This document shows, one piece after another, positions 27,933 through 40,122 of a stretch of DNA of 64,000 bases. A model generated the notes under the pieces. That model saw only the letters and a program-made list of their open reading frames with translations, did not search any database and had not been told where the DNA came from. This stretch comes from Desulfatiglandales bacterium (lineage in GTDB: Bacteria > Desulfobacterota > DSM-4660 > Desulfatiglandales > HGW-15). The position numbers and the translations under genes are program-made. Within the stretch, counting starts at the first letter, position 1; the number at the start of each line of letters is the position of its first letter. The DNA lies in NCBI GenBank assembly GCA_963667015.2, contig CAXXJJ010000001.1, positions 352,001 to 416,000 on the forward strand. Direction: 5' to 3'.

Positions 27933-28278
27933 ATTAGACAAGAAAAAGATGATTAGATGGAAGGTCTATTTCGACAGATCCAGAATGTATATTGGTTATG
28001 CACAGTTTTTTCTTATTATTTTCGTTTTTATAAAGTCCCTCGGTAACAATTCTTTTTTTGATTATCTGTTCAAACATTCGCTGGTAACCTTGCCTGTCAT
28101 GCTATTATTGTTTCTACTTCTATCACTGGTGATTGGTTATATAGATTCCAAATTGGGTTTGCGGGAGGAAGAGCTTAGAAACTTTTCAAGGTCTAATCCT
28201 GTTTTGATGGATATTCAGAAATCATTAAAGGAACTTCGAGATCACATAGACAATCAATCTCAGGGAGGAAGTCGATGA
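27925..28278 (+). CDS. Hypothetical membrane protein
   Basis: Overlaps creD stop; two TM helices. Confidence 0.7.
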   Translation: MFKLDKKKMIRWKVYFDRSRMYIGYAQFFLIIFVFIKSLGNNSFFDYLFKHSLVTLPVMLLLFLLLSLVIGYIDSKLGLREEELRNFSRSNPVLMDIQKSLKELRDHIDNQSQGGSR

Positions 28279-28315
28279 GATCATTTCATGAAGAAGGCGG
28301 AGAAATAACTGAGGC

Positions 28316-28855
28316 ATGCCGACGATAATAACCCATTCTTTTACCGGTATAGCATGTGGTTCGGCAGTTTATAAAAAATCCTTGCCTCGCGGTTTCCTGC
28401 CGCTGTCGGTTATCTGTTCAGTAATTCCTGACGCGGATGTCATATGTTTTAGACTGGGTATTCCCTATTCAAGTTTCTGGGGGCATAGGGGCTTTTTTCA
28501 TTCAATATTATTTGCATGCGTCCTTGGATCTGTCGCAGGGTTTTTACTTTTGATGACAGGGAAACGAAAATGGAAGGAAGGACTGTTTTTTGCCGGGTAT
28601 TTTTCTATTGTTATGTCCCTGCACGGTGTTCTTGATGCATTTACAAACGGAGGGTTAGGCATTGCCCTTTTTTCTCCCTTTATAAAGGAACGGTATTTTT
28701 TTCCTTTTACTCCCATAGAAGTCTCTCCAATCAGCGTTCAGGCCTTCCTGGATGGAAGAGGATTTCGGATTTTACATAATGAAATACTCTGGGTCTGGAT
28801 ACCATGTATGGGATTTGCATTTCTCTTACGTGTTGTATCCAGGCTTGTTAAGTAG
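28316..28855 (+). CDS. Membrane metal-dependent hydrolase (YdjM-like)
   Basis: ITH, PDAD, GHRGFFHS, HGVLDAFTNGG. Confidence 0.9.
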   Translation: MPTIITHSFTGIACGSAVYKKSLPRGFLPLSVICSVIPDADVICFRLGIPYSSFWGHRGFFHSILFACVLGSVAGFLLLMTGKRKWKEGLFFAGYFSIVMSLHGVLDAFTNGGLGIALFSPFIKERYFFPFTPIEVSPISVQAFLDGRGFRILHNEILWVWIPCMGFAFLLRVVSRLVK

Positions 28856-28931
28856 GGGCACGACGCATCGTGCCCTTATTGTCTGGAATTCTGTTAATGC
28901 CCATTTCGGGCACGGTGCGCCGTGCCCCTAC
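28852..28931. repeat. GTAG-family REP doublet (REPIN-like)
   Basis: GTAGGGGCACGACGCATCGTGCCC ... GGGCACGGTGCGCCGTGCCCCTAC in inverted orientation. Confidence 0.8.
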
Positions 28932-29075
28932 ACAAACCCCGATGGGAATAAATCTTGGCCCTACTGTTTACTTTTTCGGAATAACAGAAAACGATAATTT
29001 GCGGTTATGGAATTTCCTCTGTATAATGCATTCCCGTTCGGTAAAGTAACAGAATGTAAAAAGGAGCAGTATAAA

Positions 29076-29408
29076 ATGGAAGATAATACAGACAATAATG
29101 AGCAGATAGCAATCAATGAAGTTCAGCTCATTCTGGCCGAAAAACGTACCTCTCTGTCCGTGCTCCGCACAGGTATAGCTGTCCTGGCCCTGCCGCTCTC
29201 GGTGATGAGTGTTCTTATTGCTACGTCCAAGTATTATGATATCCTCCATGTATTACATTTTTTTATTCCTCTGGCCCTGCTGAACCTTGCCCTGATCTTT
29301 TTTGGCGGCTACCTGATTATACGTTCTGTAATGCGCATGAGGCATTACGATCGTTTTATACGTGAGATAAAACTAAAACACAGCATAATCAGCCAGTTTA
29401 TTGAATGA
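29076..29408 (+). CDS. DUF202-like small membrane protein
   Basis: LAEKRTSLSVLRTGIA motif; AAGGAG RBS. Confidence 0.75.
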   Translation: MEDNTDNNEQIAINEVQLILAEKRTSLSVLRTGIAVLALPLSVMSVLIATSKYYDILHVLHFFIPLALLNLALIFFGGYLIIRSVMRMRHYDRFIREIKLKHSIISQFIE

Positions 29409-29669
29409 GGATTCAGGTTTTATGAATCTGCAGGGTTTGACAGAAACGCCAAACAGGCGTTTGTGATTAAGAGACTGGGTTGAATTTTGCTCTACAGAAC
29501 TTTTTCGGATTTTTGGCCCAAATCCGGCATAAAAAGAAAAAAATCTTTATAAAAAATAACATTCGGGGTAAAAAATGTTGAATAAACACCCCTGAATAAT
29601 TTACCTTGTCGTACATTTCTGATATTAGATTAAAAAACAGCTCTTATGTAGAAAGGAAAAGATAATAAT

Positions 29670-32114
29670 ATGGCGGATGACGGCATAAAGAAAATTCGCA
29701 CTACCACATGGTCCGGAGGACCCGGCTGCCACGGCGGATGCGGGGTTATTGCCCATATCAAGGACAACAAACTCATTAAAATAGAAGGTGATCCGGATCA
29801 CCCGATGAACCGGGGCAGGCTTTGTTCCAGATGCCTGGCTATGACCCAGTTTGTACATCATCCCGAAAGGATTACCAAACCCATGAGACGGGTTGGCGAG
29901 AGGGGAGAAAACAAGTGGGAAGAGATCTCATGGGCCGAGGCATATGATTACATCGAAGAAAAGATGAATAAAATCAAGGCAGAATACGGCCCGGAGAGCA
30001 TGACCTTTTCCATGGGCACAGGCCGTGATGTAGGCGCCTGGATATGTATGCTTGCCTATGCCTTCGGAAGTCCTAATGTGTCATTCGCCATGAGCGGAAA
30101 CGGCTGTTACTCACCAAGGATAGCTGCAACCGAAACCGTCATCGGTGATTACTGTGTTTTTGACGGCGGACAATGGCTCCCCCAGGGTCATGATGACCCG
30201 GGATACCAGGTCCCCGAATGTATAGTAATATGGGGATATAATATCCCTGCCTCCTGTCCTGACAATATCTTTGGCCACTGGGTTACCGACCTGATGAAAA
30301 AGGGAGCCAAGCTTATTACCATAGATCCAAGGCTCAGCTTTTTTGCATCACGTTCCGAGAAATGGCTCCAGCTCAGGCCTGGCACCGACGGCGCTCTTGC
30401 AATGGGTTTTTTAAATATAGTCATCAAGGAAGAACTGTATGACAGGGATTTTGTAAAGAACTGGACAAATGCCCCGCACCTGATCAGAAAAGACAACGGA
30501 AAGCTCTTAAGGGAAAGTGATCTTGATGAAGTCGGTGCAAAGGAAAACTTTGTCGTATGGGATACAAAGGCTAATAAAACCGTTATCTGGGATTCAGGAT
30601 GCGCAGGTTATAAAGGAGATGTCGGTGAGGCAGCGCTTGAAGGTGAATTTGATATAACACTTGCCGACGGAACAGCAATAAAGGCAACCACTGTATGGAC
30701 ACAGTTCTGTGCAAGGGCGGCAGAATATCCGGTTGAAAAGGTGGCAGAGATTACCTGGCTCAAGGAAAAGGATATTATTGAGGCGGCGCATCTCTATGCA
30801 AAGAGCAAACCCGCGTCAATCCAGTGGGGTCTTGCAATCGACTCCACGCCTGCAATAACACCAACCGCAACGGCCATTGCGTCACTGTGGAGCATTATGG
30901 GCAACCTGGATGTTCCCGGCGGAAATCCAATTGCCAGGTATGCCTATAACGCGGTTGCCTACGCGCTTCCCGGTGCAAAGGGAGTAATAAGGCTGGACTC
31001 CAAGGAGATGGATAAAAAGCGTATAGGCTATGATGATTACGGCCCGTTCAGGGAGTTCATCTGGCGTACGCAGACCGACAAGATGCTCGATCAGATATTG
31101 TCCGAGGATCCCTATCCGGTTAAGGGTATGTGGCTCCAGTGCTGTAATCTTATAGGCGGTACAGGGTATGATCCTAAAAAATGGATCGAGGCGCTCAAGA
31201 AACTGGACTTTGTAGCGGTTACTGATATCTTTATGACTCCTACATGCCAGATGGCGGATATCGTACTGCCCTCTACATCTTTTCTTGAAAAGGACAGCAT
31301 TCGAAGCTGGTGGGTTCCGTTACAGACCATCAACAAGGCCATGTCAGTGGGAGAATGCAAGTCTCTTATAGAGAGTAATTTTGAGATGGCAAAGAGATTT
31401 GATCCTAATTTCAGGTGGGAAACCATATACGACCTGTTTGATGAAATACTGGCGCCTTCAGGCATGACCTTCAGGGAACTGCAGGACAATGGCGGATGGT
31501 CAATACCTCCGGATGGTAATTCCAGCGCACCATATCACCGTCATAAAAGGGGCCTTTTAAGGCAGGACAAGAATCCAGGATTTCAGACCCGGTCCGGAAA
31601 GGTAGAGCTTTATTCTACCCTGAGAGAAGAATGGGGGCATGATCCGATCCCCTGCTATGAAGAACCTCCCTTTACTCCCATCAGCAGGCCCGATCTTGCT
31701 GAAGAGTATCCCCTTATTCTTTCAACCGGAAGGCGTTCACCGGTATTTTTCCTGTCAGAGCACAGGAACATACCATGGCTGAGAGACGCAGATCCTGATC
31801 CTGTTGTAGAGATTCATCCTGATACTGCCAGGTCTCTCGGGGTAGGTGCAGGCGAATGGGTATGGGTGGAAAACTGGATGGGTAAATGTAAGCTCAAGGC
31901 AAAGGTTTCACCGATTGTTCCCAGATGGATGGTAATGGCTGCCCATGGATGGTGGTTCCCGGAAAAAGACGGCGCAGAGCCTTCACTTTACGGCATGTGG
32001 GAATCCAACATCAATCAGCTTATGCCCATGGGTGCAGTCGGAAAAGACGGCCTGGGTACAATTACAAAACACCTGCTTTGTAAGGTTTACAAGGTAGACA
32101 GCAATAACTGCTGA
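29670..32114 (+). CDS. Cytoplasmic molybdopterin/tungstopterin oxidoreductase (acetylene hydratase-like clade), substrate unknown
   Basis: WSGGPGCHGGC..GRLC, IDPR, RPGTDGALA, ADIVLP, EIHPDTA; no Tat signal. Confidence 0.85.
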   Translation: MADDGIKKIRTTTWSGGPGCHGGCGVIAHIKDNKLIKIEGDPDHPMNRGRLCSRCLAMTQFVHHPERITKPMRRVGERGENKWEEISWAEAYDYIEEKMNKIKAEYGPESMTFSMGTGRDVGAWICMLAYAFGSPNVSFAMSGNGCYSPRIAATETVIGDYCVFDGGQWLPQGHDDPGYQVPECIVIWGYNIPASCPDNIFGHWVTDLMKKGAKLITIDPRLSFFASRSEKWLQLRPGTDGALAMGFLNIVIKEELYDRDFVKNWTNAPHLIRKDNGKLLRESDLDEVGAKENFVVWDTKANKTVIWDSGCAGYKGDVGEAALEGEFDITLADGTAIKATTVWTQFCARAAEYPVEKVAEITWLKEKDIIEAAHLYAKSKPASIQWGLAIDSTPAITPTATAIASLWSIMGNLDVPGGNPIARYAYNAVAYALPGAKGVIRLDSKEMDKKRIGYDDYGPFREFIWRTQTDKMLDQILSEDPYPVKGMWLQCCNLIGGTGYDPKKWIEALKKLDFVAVTDIFMTPTCQMADIVLPSTSFLEKDSIRSWWVPLQTINKAMSVGECKSLIESNFEMAKRFDPNFRWETIYDLFDEILAPSGMTFRELQDNGGWSIPPDGNSSAPYHRHKRGLLRQDKNPGFQTRSGKVELYSTLREEWGHDPIPCYEEPPFTPISRPDLAEEYPLILSTGRRSPVFFLSEHRNIPWLRDADPDPVVEIHPDTARSLGVGAGEWVWVENWMGKCKLKAKVSPIVPRWMVMAAHGWWFPEKDGAEPSLYGMWESNINQLMPMGAVGKDGLGTITKHLLCKVYKVDSNNC

Positions 32115-32158
32115 TCCTTTGATCAGCATGATAAAAAGATCAGATTGGACAAAATATT

Positions 32159-32503
32159 ATGAGTAAAAAACCTGAATACGGACTTCTTATAGATTATGAA
32201 TACTGCACCGGGTGTTATGCATGCCAGGTTGCATGTGCCCAGGAATACAAATGGCCGGCCGGGATGGGCGGCATTAGGGTAACAGAGATTGTTGAAGACC
32301 TGCCCAATGACAGGCACTATTTAAAATTCATACCCATGCCTACAGAGCTGTGCATCCTCTGTGCCCCAAGGACCAAAAGAGGTGAAAAACCGGCCTGCGT
32401 TCAGACCTGTATGGCGGCCTGCATGAAATACGGGAAGATAGAGGATCTTGCGAAGGAAATAACAAAACCCAGGATGGTTCTCTGGGTGCCCAAGGCGGGG
32501 TAA
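32159..32503 (+). CDS. Small Fe-S partner subunit
   Basis: YGLLIDYEYCTGCYACQVAC, CILC..PACVQTC. Confidence 0.85.
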   Translation: MSKKPEYGLLIDYEYCTGCYACQVACAQEYKWPAGMGGIRVTEIVEDLPNDRHYLKFIPMPTELCILCAPRTKRGEKPACVQTCMAACMKYGKIEDLAKEITKPRMVLWVPKAG

Positions 32504-32533
32504 ATTTAACGTCATGAGATAATTATAATTATC

Positions 32534-32722
32534 TCATGACGTTAATTCCTTATATTTATAGATAACTGTCCCGACACGTTCCCCGGCCAGGGCCTTTGTT
32601 GTAATATTGCCGGGTACCATTCCGTTGATTATCCGGACGCTTTCAATAACTTCACTGTTTTCTATTATATCAAGGCACGGCCTTTCGATTACCAGGTCGT
32701 CCTTATCCCGAACAAGTGACAT
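32534..32722 (-). pseudogene. Truncated uridylate-kinase-fold / molybdenum storage protein-like gene
   Basis: DDLVIERP..IINGMVPGNI..ALAGERVGTVIYK is an amino-acid-kinase-fold C-terminus, preceded by only about 8 residues. Confidence 0.6.
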
Positions 32723-32825
32723 TTTTTACTCCTTATTGCGAAGCGCAAGGTTAATATCTCGTCGCTTGCTGCGATTAAACAGATTTATTCCTTATTTGAT
32801 GCTTCGCTTCCTGTGGCCTGGCAGT

Positions 32826-33035
32826 TCATTTATTCTTTTTCTCTTTTTTGCCGCCTTTACGAAGCAGTATCAATTCCGAACCTGTTTCTTCTGAAATATG
32901 CTCCAGCTCGCTCATCCTCAAATGATCGGTGAACACCTTGATATTTGCATCAGCAACCGCAACAATCCGAAATCTTGATTTTTTCTCTCCATCAGCTACC
33001 TTTCTGCGTTCTCTGTAAAATATTTTCCCTGACAT
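32826..33035 (-). CDS. Small hypothetical protein
   Basis: AAGGAGG RBS; MSGKIFYRERRKV... Confidence 0.7.
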   Translation of the reverse strand: MSGKIFYRERRKVADGEKKSRFRIVAVADANIKVFTDHLRMSELEHISEETGSELILLRKGGKKEKKNK

Positions 33036-33308
33036 AAAAACCTCCTTCAAGAATTATATTGTTACCGCCTATATATAAATGATGGCATTATACTAAATAA
33101 AAATGAAGGGTTAAAGTATTAAAAAGCTGTAATATCAATTAATTACACTGGTTGTTTTTCTCTTTGGGGGTTACCCCTGTCATTTTAAAGCCCTGTTTTG
33201 TATCCATTGGGTTGGCGCGTCTTAAAATTACCATAAAAGAACTAATTCGCAGCAAACGAAGATGTATTAGACCTTACGCTTTGCAATAAATTCTATTCTC
33301 TTTCTAGC

Positions 33309-33342
33309 CTTAATCTTTTCTTCATTTATCACCTGCTACAAT
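33309..33342 (+). promoter_or_regulatory. OmpR/PmrA-type direct-repeat box plus -10 upstream of arnB
   Basis: CTTAAT-N5-CTTCAT-N11-TACAAT. Confidence 0.6.
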
Positions 33343-33384
33343 TCGGGGCATAGTATAAATTTCAATATAAATAGAGGATGAATA

Positions 33385-34533
33385 ATGAGAGAAAATTTTT
33401 TGCCTTTCTCAAGACCTTCAATTTCAGAAAATGAAATCTCCGCAGTATCTGAAGTCATCAGGTCGGGATGGATTACAACCGGAGCAAAGGCAGCGGAGTT
33501 TGAAGATGCCTTCATGAAATATTGCGGTGCCGGGAACGCAGTGGCTTTGTCCTCAGCCACTGCCGGAATGCATCTGGCGCTAAAAGCACTTGGTATAGGC
33601 CCCGGCGACGAGGTAATTACCCCTTCCATGACCTGGGTTTCAACAGTGAATCTAATTGTGCTTTCGGGTGCGACTCCGGTGTTTGCTGATATTGATTTCG
33701 ATACACTTATGATTTCCGCGGAAAATATTGAACATCTCATCACGGATCGTACAAAACTGATTATCCCGGTACATTTTGCAGGTGCCCCTGTGGACATGGA
33801 GCCGATCAGACAACTCGCTTCTAAAAAAGGAATACACCTTCTTGAAGATGCTGCCCATGCTGTTGGCACAGAATACATGGGTAATAAAATTGGAAAAAAT
33901 GGTACATCCATTTTTTCATTTCACCCTATAAAAAATATTACCTGTGGCGAAGGCGGGATGTTCTGCTCTGATAATGCCGGACTTATTGAACGTATCCGCC
34001 GGTTAAAATTCCATGGACTTGGTGTGGATGCCTACGACCGGACTACCCAGGGACGCAGCCCCCAGGCAGAGGTGCTGGAACCGGGATTCAAGTATAACCT
34101 GACTGATATAGCTGCAGTACTGGGTATTAGCCAGTTGAACAGACTGGATGAGTTTAATAAAAAAAGAAACCAGTTAGCCATGCTTTATCGTGAATTATTG
34201 TCTAATATAGATGAAATTCTTCCTCTTTCGCTTCCCATATATCCCATGAAACATGCCTGGCATCTTTTCATCATTAGACTGGATACAAAACGTGCAGGTA
34301 TGGACAGGGATACTTTCATGATGAAATTAAAAGAGAAAAATATAGGGACGGGTATCCATTTTAAGGCGGTTCATACGCAGAAATACTACAGGGAAACAAT
34401 GAATCTTACTTCTGGAACTCTGCCTGCTACAGAATGGAATTCGGATAGAATCTGCTCTCTTCCCCTGTTCCCTGGCATGACTGTTGAAGATGTGGATGAT
34501 GTTGTAAATGCCATCAAGGAGGTGCTCCAATGA
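33385..34533 (+). CDS. arnB: UDP-4-amino-4-deoxy-L-arabinose aminotransferase
   Basis: [48 protein letters not shown]. Confidence 0.93.
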   Translation: MRENFLPFSRPSISENEISAVSEVIRSGWITTGAKAAEFEDAFMKYCGAGNAVALSSATAGMHLALKALGIGPGDEVITPSMTWVSTVNLIVLSGATPVFADIDFDTLMISAENIEHLITDRTKLIIPVHFAGAPVDMEPIRQLASKKGIHLLEDAAHAVGTEYMGNKIGKNGTSIFSFHPIKNITCGEGGMFCSDNAGLIERIRRLKFHGLGVDAYDRTTQGRSPQAEVLEPGFKYNLTDIAAVLGISQLNRLDEFNKKRNQLAMLYRELLSNIDEILPLSLPIYPMKHAWHLFIIRLDTKRAGMDRDTFMMKLKEKNIGTGIHFKAVHTQKYYRETMNLTSGTLPATEWNSDRICSLPLFPGMTVEDVDDVVNAIKEVLQ

Positions 34534-35531
34534 ATCCGGTGGAACTTTCAATAGTTATCCCTGTTTTTAACGAAAAGGAAAACCTTCCTGAGCTTATTGA
34601 GCGATGTCTTGCTGCATGCAAAAAAACCGGAAAGATATTTGAAATCATTCTTGTTGACGACGGCAGCAGGGATGGTTCCGGAAGTTTTATTTGTAATGCA
34701 GCAGATGCGCACACCGAGGTGGTAGCTGTTACTCTAAATAGAAATTATGGACAGCATGCGGCTGTAGTCGCAGGCCTGGTGCAGACCGGTGGTGAAATCA
34801 TCATTACCCTGGATGCGGATCTCCAGAATCCGCCGGAAGAGATATCGAACCTCGTAATTGAGATGGAGCGGGGAGTTGATGTGGTTGGTACTGTTCGCCG
34901 GAACAGGCAGGACTCTGTTTTTCGCAGGGCTGCTTCATCTATCGTAAACCGTATGGTCAGGAGGACAACCGGTGTAATGATGCATGATTACGGCTGTATG
35001 CTGAGGGCCTATAGACGATCAGTTGTTGATGCCATGCTTCAATGCCGGGAACATTCCGTGTTTATACCGATACTGGCTAACAGTTTTGCAGGAAGCACAT
35101 CCGAAATTGCTGTTAAACATGCTCCCCGTAAAAAAGGCGAATCAAAATACAGTTTTTTAAAGCTGATTTCGCTTCATTTTGATCTTCTTACCTCAATGTC
35201 AACCTCTCCATTGCGTCTGCTTTCCTATCTGGGCGCTGTAATCTCAATCTGCGGTATCGGTTTTGGAGTGATACTTCTGCTCCTTCGCATTCTGTATGGT
35301 GCAGAGTGGGCCGCAGGAGGAGTGTTCACACTCTTTTCACTGCTTTTTGTATTCATTGGCGCCCAGTTTATAGGGCTTGGTCTGCTGGGTGAGTATATCG
35401 GCAGAATTTATCATGATGTAAGGAGCCGCCCGCGTTTTTTTATTAAAGAAATACGCGGAGCAGATAAATCTTCCGACGAAAATAAATCAGTTGAAAAGCA
35501 GCATTCGGACAGGAAGATTTATCAATTATAA
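34530..35531 (+). CDS. arnC: Undecaprenyl-phosphate Ara4FN transferase
   Basis: GT2: [34 protein letters not shown]. Confidence 0.92.
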   Translation: MNPVELSIVIPVFNEKENLPELIERCLAACKKTGKIFEIILVDDGSRDGSGSFICNAADAHTEVVAVTLNRNYGQHAAVVAGLVQTGGEIIITLDADLQNPPEEISNLVIEMERGVDVVGTVRRNRQDSVFRRAASSIVNRMVRRTTGVMMHDYGCMLRAYRRSVVDAMLQCREHSVFIPILANSFAGSTSEIAVKHAPRKKGESKYSFLKLISLHFDLLTSMSTSPLRLLSYLGAVISICGIGFGVILLLLRILYGAEWAAGGVFTLFSLLFVFIGAQFIGLGLLGEYIGRIYHDVRSRPRFFIKEIRGADKSSDENKSVEKQHSDRKIYQL

Positions 35532-35550
35532 TTTGATTCAGGAGAATACA

Positions 35551-37563
35551 ATGAAAACAATTGTACTTGCCTATCATAATATCGGATATGCCGGGATAAA
35601 GACACTTTTATCCAATGGATATGACATCAAAGCGATATTTACTCATAAAGATGATCCAAATGAGAATATATGGTTTGACTCGGTGGCGGAACTGGCAGCG
35701 GCCAATAATATCCCTGTCTACGCGCCCGAAGATATCAACCATCCCCTATGGGTGGAAAGGATCAGAGACCTTGGACCGGATATTCTCTTTTCTTTTTATT
35801 ATCGGGATATGGTGGGAAAAGATATCCTCGGGATACCGCCTCAGGGATGTCTGAACCTTCACGGTTCACTCCTGCCTCGTTACAGAGGCAGATGCCCTGT
35901 GAACTGGGTATTGATTAATGGTGAAAAAGAGACAGGTGTGACACTGCATTATATGACACCTAAGCCCGATGACGGGGATATTGTGGGGCAAAGGCCAGTC
36001 CTGATAACTAATAACGATAATGCCATGAGTCTGTTTACAAAACTTACCACTGTGACAGCGGAGCTGCTCGCAGAACTGCTTCCAATGATCAAAGAGAAAT
36101 GCGCCCCTCGTAATCCTCAGGACAATTCGCGGGCGACCTATTATGGGGGACGAAGACCGGAAGATGGAGAAATTGACTGGAGGCAGGATGCCTCAACTGT
36201 CAGAAACCTGGTGCGGGCTGTAACAAGGCCATACCCCGGGGCATTTTCATATCTTGGAAATCGCAAATGTTTTTTCTGGCAGGTCAGCGCGCTCTCAACA
36301 TCACAGAATGAATCTCCCGGTACGATATTATCCATTGATCCCCTGACAATATCCTGTGGTGATGGCGAAGTGACTGTTCAATTCTGCCAGATTGAAAACG
36401 GTGTGTATACCAGTGGAAGGCAGCTTGCTACAGAGTTAAATCTGGCTCCCGGTATGTATTTTGATGGTCAGACGGCTGTGATCAATGAACAACATCGGAA
36501 GAAAAATGTCCTTATACTTGGAGCAAACGGATTTATCGGAAATCACCTTAGTGAAAGGCTGCTTAAAAGCGGTAAATATGAAGTATATGGCATGGATTTA
36601 TGTTCAAATACACTGACACGCCTTATGGATCATCCGGACTTTCATTTTCAGGAAGGCGATATTTCAATTATGCGTGAGTGGATAGAATATCATGTCAGGA
36701 AGTGTGATATTATTTTACCCCTGGTAGCCATTGCAACCCCTATAGAATATGTAAGGAATCCTTTAAGGGTTTTTGAGCTGGATTTTGAGGAAAACCTGCG
36801 AATCATACGTTACTGTGTAAAATATGGAAAAAGGCTTATCTTCCCATCCACGTCAGAGGTCTACGGCATGTGCGATGACCCGGAATTTAACGAACAGGAT
36901 TCAAACTTTGTCCTTGGACCAATACATAAGCAGCGCTGGATCTATTCCTGCAGTAAACAGATGCTGGACCGCGTAATCTGGGCATATGGCAAACAGCATG
37001 GTTTAAATTTTTCACTTTTCAGGCCATTTAACTGGGTCGGCCCAAGGCTGGATTCCCTGGAATCCGCGAGGATAGGAAGTTCCAGGGTGATAACCCAGTT
37101 TATTCTGAACCTGGTAGAAGGGACACCCATTCGTCTTGTTGACGGGGGAAAACAGAAACGATGCTTTACAGATGTCAAGGATGGGATCGAATGCCTCTTT
37201 AGAATTATTGAAAATAAAAACGACTTATGTAACGGGGAGATTTTTAATATTGGAAATCCTGATAACGAATACAGCATGGAGGAGCTTTCCAGCCTTCTTA
37301 TTAAAAAGTTTTCAGTTCATCCTCTTCGTTCTCACTTCCCTCCCGATGGCGGGATTCAGCATGTCGAAGCGCATGCCTATTACGGATCAGGGTACCAGGA
37401 TGTCCAGCATAGAAGACCATCTGTCAAACAGGCTCATAGTATCCTGGGATGGAAGCCAAATGTGTCCTTTGAGCAATCTGTGAGCGAGACCCTGGATTTT
37501 TTCCTGGATGATTTTATAAGCTGTACAATGGGGGATTCATGCAATCAGTCGGCCTGCGCGTAG
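35551..37563 (+). CDS. arnA: Bifunctional UDP-GlcA decarboxylase / UDP-Ara4N formyltransferase
   Basis: [13 protein letters not shown] formyltransferase; GANGFIG, STSEVYG, YSCSK SDR domain. Confidence 0.95.
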   Translation: MKTIVLAYHNIGYAGIKTLLSNGYDIKAIFTHKDDPNENIWFDSVAELAAANNIPVYAPEDINHPLWVERIRDLGPDILFSFYYRDMVGKDILGIPPQGCLNLHGSLLPRYRGRCPVNWVLINGEKETGVTLHYMTPKPDDGDIVGQRPVLITNNDNAMSLFTKLTTVTAELLAELLPMIKEKCAPRNPQDNSRATYYGGRRPEDGEIDWRQDASTVRNLVRAVTRPYPGAFSYLGNRKCFFWQVSALSTSQNESPGTILSIDPLTISCGDGEVTVQFCQIENGVYTSGRQLATELNLAPGMYFDGQTAVINEQHRKKNVLILGANGFIGNHLSERLLKSGKYEVYGMDLCSNTLTRLMDHPDFHFQEGDISIMREWIEYHVRKCDIILPLVAIATPIEYVRNPLRVFELDFEENLRIIRYCVKYGKRLIFPSTSEVYGMCDDPEFNEQDSNFVLGPIHKQRWIYSCSKQMLDRVIWAYGKQHGLNFSLFRPFNWVGPRLDSLESARIGSSRVITQFILNLVEGTPIRLVDGGKQKRCFTDVKDGIECLFRIIENKNDLCNGEIFNIGNPDNEYSMEELSSLLIKKFSVHPLRSHFPPDGGIQHVEAHAYYGSGYQDVQHRRPSVKQAHSILGWKPNVSFEQSVSETLDFFLDDFISCTMGDSCNQSACA

Positions 37564-38423
37564 ATGTTGACACCCTGAGGGGAACCAGAATCGGGGTGCC
37601 AAACCTGGTCAGACTTTTAGGAAAGAACGATATAAAGGCAACATTCTTCTTTTCCGTTGGTCCTGACAATATGGGACGGCATCTTTGGCGTCTTATAAGA
37701 CCCGCGTTTCTGATTAAAATGCTCAGGACAAGGGCAGCCAGTCTTTATGGATGGGATATTTTGTTAAGGGGAACCATATGGCCAGGTCCTATAATCGGCG
37801 AACAATGTTCAACTCAGATCAGGGGAGTTTCAGATGCAGGGCATGAAACAGGCCTTCACGCCTGGGACCATCATAAATGGCAGAAGAAGATAGAATCGAT
37901 GGCTCAAGCCGAGGTATATAAGGAAATACGGAAGGGCTTTAACCTGCTCAAAGATATCCTGGGCAAGCCTCCGGAATGTTTTGCCTCTCCTGCCTGGAAA
38001 ATCACTCCTGAAGCTCTTTCTGTAATTGACCAGTTTCCCTTCAGGTTTCAATCTGATTGTCGCGGTCACAGTGTCTATCGCCCGATACACAATGGCAGGA
38101 AATTATTTCATGTCCAGGTGCCTGCAACACTCCCAACATATGATGAACTGGTCGGTCGGAAATGCAGCGTAGAGACATATAACGATTATCTTCTGGATAT
38201 GATGCAGCCTGACTCCTTAAATGTATTGACGATACATGCAGAAGTCGAAGGAAACTCCTGTTTACCTCTGTTTGAGGATTTCTTAAATAAGGCAGGAAAG
38301 CGGGATTTTGAATTTATTCCTCTTGGAACGCTTTTTACAGGCACTGAAAACATAGGCACGTCAGAAATAGTGTCTGGTAAGGCGCCGGGGCGGGACGGAT
38401 GGATCTCATGCCAGAGACAGTAA
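37539..38423 (+). CDS. arnD: Ara4FN-phosphoundecaprenol deformylase
   Basis: [37 protein letters not shown]. Confidence 0.93.
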   Translation: MQSVGLRVDVDTLRGTRIGVPNLVRLLGKNDIKATFFFSVGPDNMGRHLWRLIRPAFLIKMLRTRAASLYGWDILLRGTIWPGPIIGEQCSTQIRGVSDAGHETGLHAWDHHKWQKKIESMAQAEVYKEIRKGFNLLKDILGKPPECFASPAWKITPEALSVIDQFPFRFQSDCRGHSVYRPIHNGRKLFHVQVPATLPTYDELVGRKCSVETYNDYLLDMMQPDSLNVLTIHAEVEGNSCLPLFEDFLNKAGKRDFEFIPLGTLFTGTENIGTSEIVSGKAPGRDGWISCQRQ

Positions 38424-38445
38424 ACTTCATCAAGGTTTTAAAATT

Positions 38446-40122
38446 GTGGATAATATGAAAAAATATCTAATTATACTTTTACTTTGCTTTTATTTTCTGT
38501 GTTATATTCTTCCTCTCGGATCTGCCAGTCTTTTTACTCCAGATGAAACACGCTATGCAGAGATTCCGCGTGAGGTGATAACCGGCGGTGACTGGATTGT
38601 TCCTCATCTAAACGGCCTGCGCTATTTTGAAAAGCCCGTATTTGGCTATTGGGCGCATGCTGTTTCACAGATGATCTTTGGTGAAAACAATTTTGCAGTG
38701 CGTCTTCCGTCTGCAGTTTCTGTAGGTCTTTCCGCCCTATTAATATTTCTGCTGGTCCGACATATATCCTGTAATGAAAAGGAAAAAATGGGCCGTACAG
38801 CGGCACTGGCTGCCCTGATCTTTTTATCCTGTTTGGGGGTGTTCGGTGTTGGTAATATTGCCGTACTCGACAACCTGTTTTCATTTTTTCTAACTGCGTC
38901 GATAGCTTCCTTTTATTTTGCCTCCGAAGAACAGTCGGGATCTATTAAAGAAAATATCTTTCTTATTCTTTCAGGAATTGCCTGTGGCCTTGCTTTCCTT
39001 ACAAAGGGATTTCTTGCCTTCGCGATCCCGGTTTTAACCATTGCGCCATATCTGATATGGGAAAAAAGATACAGGGATTTGCTTCGCATGAGCTGGTTGC
39101 CGATTTTGATAGCCTTAATAGTAGTTTTACCCTGGGGTATCCTGGTCCATATGAGAGAACCGGATTTCTGGAATTTCTTTTTCTGGAATGAACATATACG
39201 ACGCTTCATGAAAAGTAATGCCCAGCATAAAGAATCATTCTGGTTTTTCTTTAAGGCGGCGCCGGGAATGTTTCTGCCATGGACATTCCTGATTCCTGCA
39301 GCAGTCGCCGGCGTGAAACCGGTTATAACCGGCGATTCCGATCGATCAAGATTGATACGGTTTTCACTGTGCTGGCTCGTGCTGCCGTTTTTATTCTTTT
39401 CGGCTTCAAGCGGTAAACTGCTTACATATATTCTTCCATGTTTTCCGCCATTTGCAATTCTCATGTTTTTGGGACTAATCAACATCCTGAATAAAGAGCG
39501 TAAAAATATTTTTAAATGGGGAGTCACAGGCACAGGCATATTTTTTGGTTTGATACTTCTTGCCCTGATATATTTTCAGTTAGCCGGTTTTAACGATTTT
39601 CGACTGTTCAAACACTCCTGGAAGGCAATCATGCTTGCCAACAGCCTGATTGTTATCATTTTATTCTGTTTCCTGGCAAATAAAAGCATTAAAGCAACGG
39701 GTAAAATTCTGATGCTCGGGCTTTCGCCATTTCTGTTTTTTATTGTGATCCATTATACTATCCCCAATCAGAGTACCGCTTCAAAAATACCCGGAATAGT
39801 ACTGGAAAGACATAGAAACATAAGCAATGATACAATTATCATTTCAGATGAAAGTACGATTGCTGCAGCATGCTGGTATATGCACCGTAACGACATTTAC
39901 CTGCTTGAAGGTGGCGGTGAGTTGAATTACGGGTTAACATATCCCGATGCATCTGAAAGACTGATTGACTTAAATTCGGTTGCAGATTTTATTCAGAAAA
40001 ACAGGGGTAAAATAGTCCTCACAGGTAGAGTCAGAAATCTGAAAAAATGGAAGGAGTTTCTACCCGCTCCTGATTTTCAGGATGACAGCGGACCTAAAGG
40101 ATATGCTTTATGGACGTATTGA
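38446..40122 (+). CDS. arnT: Lipid A Ara4N transferase
   Basis: PDETRYAEI.RE, RYFEKP, FLTKG, EHIRRF, GKLLTYILP. Confidence 0.93.
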   Translation: MDNMKKYLIILLLCFYFLCYILPLGSASLFTPDETRYAEIPREVITGGDWIVPHLNGLRYFEKPVFGYWAHAVSQMIFGENNFAVRLPSAVSVGLSALLIFLLVRHISCNEKEKMGRTAALAALIFLSCLGVFGVGNIAVLDNLFSFFLTASIASFYFASEEQSGSIKENIFLILSGIACGLAFLTKGFLAFAIPVLTIAPYLIWEKRYRDLLRMSWLPILIALIVVLPWGILVHMREPDFWNFFFWNEHIRRFMKSNAQHKESFWFFFKAAPGMFLPWTFLIPAAVAGVKPVITGDSDRSRLIRFSLCWLVLPFLFFSASSGKLLTYILPCFPPFAILMFLGLINILNKERKNIFKWGVTGTGIFFGLILLALIYFQLAGFNDFRLFKHSWKAIMLANSLIVIILFCFLANKSIKATGKILMLGLSPFLFFIVIHYTIPNQSTASKIPGIVLERHRNISNDTIIISDESTIAAACWYMHRNDIYLLEGGGELNYGLTYPDASERLIDLNSVADFIQKNRGKIVLTGRVRNLKKWKEFLPAPDFQDDSGPKGYALWTY

